This document shows, in pieces, positions 62,061 to 64,000 of a DNA stretch of 64,000 bases. Every line of letters starts with the position of its first letter. Within the stretch, counting starts at the first letter, position 1. Position numbers and translations under genes: made by a program. Source of the DNA: Chrysomallon squamiferum (Eukaryota > Animalia > Mollusca). The notes under the pieces were generated by a model. That model saw only the letters and a list, made by a program, of their open reading frames with translations. It had not been told where the DNA came from and searched no databases. The stretch spans positions 3,534,001 through 3,598,000 of the forward strand of contig CM022679.1 of assembly GCA_012295275.1 (NCBI GenBank), written 5' to 3'.

Positions 62061-62836
62061 CAAACGCACATATTTATTCCCTCACGCACTTTCTTTTCCT
62101 CACTATTCTTCATTTTCTCTTCTCTTTCAGTATTCTCTCGTCTCTCTCCCTTTTATTCTTTCTGTAATGTCTGTCCACCGTTTTAATTATTCTTTTTCAT
62201 TTTTATCTCTTTCACTCTCTACGTCTCCATCTGTTTGTCTTGTGACTGTCTGTCCATCTCTCCGCGCATCTGTCGGTTTATTTGCCTTTCATGATATAGA
62301 CACATATAGCAAAACACAGACACAAACACACGTAATTCGGAATAAGTTGTATCTAATTTAAGAAACCAAATAGACAAATATTATCTCACCGATCAAAGCT
62401 GTATATACATTTATTTACAGTCATCAGTATTACTAGTTTTAGTCTTGTTCATCTCCATAAACATTTAATATCGAAATTAAATGTTCTTATCTGACATAAA
62501 AAGTAAATTGCTTTTTTCTTTCTTCATTTTTTTTTTTTTTCAAAAGAGAAAGAGACATAAAAATTAATGCTCAAAATAAAGTATTTTAAATGTCATATGA
62601 AGATAATCTTTATTTTCTTAGAAATACATTTCTGTTTATTTGACGTTTACTTCTTTTCGCTGTAAATTAGTTAGGAGGGTTACTGACCTAGTTAAATGTG
62701 TTCTTAGAGGAGGAGAAAGGAGACGCTGTTAGTGTCATGTGTAATTAGACATCAGCTTTATCTACAAAATTAAATAACAGTGTCAGATCAGTGCATTATC
62801 CATGTGTGTTTAGTGTACTTAAAACACATTTCAACA

Positions 62837-62927
<91 letters not shown>

Positions 62928-62949
62928 ACACAAACACTTTCTCTCTCAC

Positions 62950-62997
<48 letters not shown>

Positions 62998-64000
62998 AAG
63001 TAACAGTCTTGAGTATAAATATAATAAAAAGGATGACGTAATGACAACTATGATAAATCATTAATAATGACGACAACGACAACAGAAGCATAAAAAGTAA
63101 TAATAATAATGATGATGATGATGACGTTAATGATTTTGTTGGATGTTGTTCTAGTGCCAGTGATGATCACAGTGTTTGATAAGCCAGTCGTGAGACACTG
63201 GGCGGAACGGGGAACAACGTAATGGACGCACAGTGAATCACTACCTCTGTTATCTGTAGCGTCTCAGACAAATCAAATTAGCTTTATCTCAGTTATTTGT
63301 GGTTTATTTTATAAATTATATTTGCACAAAATGAGGCAAATGTCAAAGTAAACGTCAAAGCAGCCGTTTCAAGACTAAACGCGGTTTGCTTGTCTTTTCT
63401 CGTTTTAATGTGAAAAATGTCTTCATTTATTTATTTATTTGTTTATTTCTGTGTTTGCATGTTTCTTTATCTTCTTCTTGTTATTATTGTTACTGTTATT
63501 GTTGTTGTAGCTGCTGTTGTTGTTGCTGTTGTTGTTCTTGTTGTTATCTTTGTTATTGATTTGCTTTTCGTGAAGATGGTGGAATTGCTATGCAAAAAAA
63601 ACAATATTTTTAACACAACGTTTGATGAATTGTCACCATTCTGTTCTCAAACGTGAAAAGTAATTTATTTCTCGGTGTTATTCTTCTAAGAAAAACAAGG
63701 CATAATATATCTTGTGAAAAACCTAGCGAGATCAAATGGAATCGAAAAAAGTGCTAAAACAACAAAGACAACTGAAATTTAAAAATTCTTGAAGCGTTTT
63801 TGCCTGTCTGGAAAGGGAAATTCAAAAGTAAAGTAAAAAGCAACCTGACAGTTGTCAACAGACTTTAACCTTTTAACAAGAGTTATTAAATTCAGAACGA
63901 AGTCAGACTGTCTTTCATTCAACTACTAGTCCATTACCATATCAGCGTTATAAAGCTACTGAACAGAAGCAGCTAAGGTCTTCATCTAGCTGAAATGTAT

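Overview
AT-rich, microsatellite-dense, intron-containing animal DNA. The style resembles a coleoid cephalopod such as an octopus or argonaut; this taxon is an inference and was not tested. Five spliced protein-coding genes can be assembled by hand with consistent splice phases. (1) A secreted GH18 chitinase-like gene with 3 CBM14 domains (minus, 1088-11742). (2) A short PDZ-domain ALP/Enigma (PDLIM/Zasp-like) gene with no visible LIM domains (minus, ~17642-25813). (3) ELAC2/RNase Z (minus, 30253-40104, 20 exons). (4) A second, oppositely oriented GH18 paralogue with a 42-dipeptide (K/E)P rod linker and 1 CBM14 (plus, 42535-49306). (5) A divergent SLC22-family transporter (minus, 52053-57807). 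The most notable feature is that both GH18 paralogues have lost the catalytic Glu of DxxDxDxE by different substitutions yet keep their chitin-binding modules, suggesting a pair of non-enzymatic chitin-binding or bridging proteins. Three single-base frameshifts in short homopolymers (one in the PDZ gene, two in GH18 #2) are either assembly errors or real lesions. There are two GC-AG introns, a dual-start signature in ELAC2, and strong CpG depletion within ELAC2.
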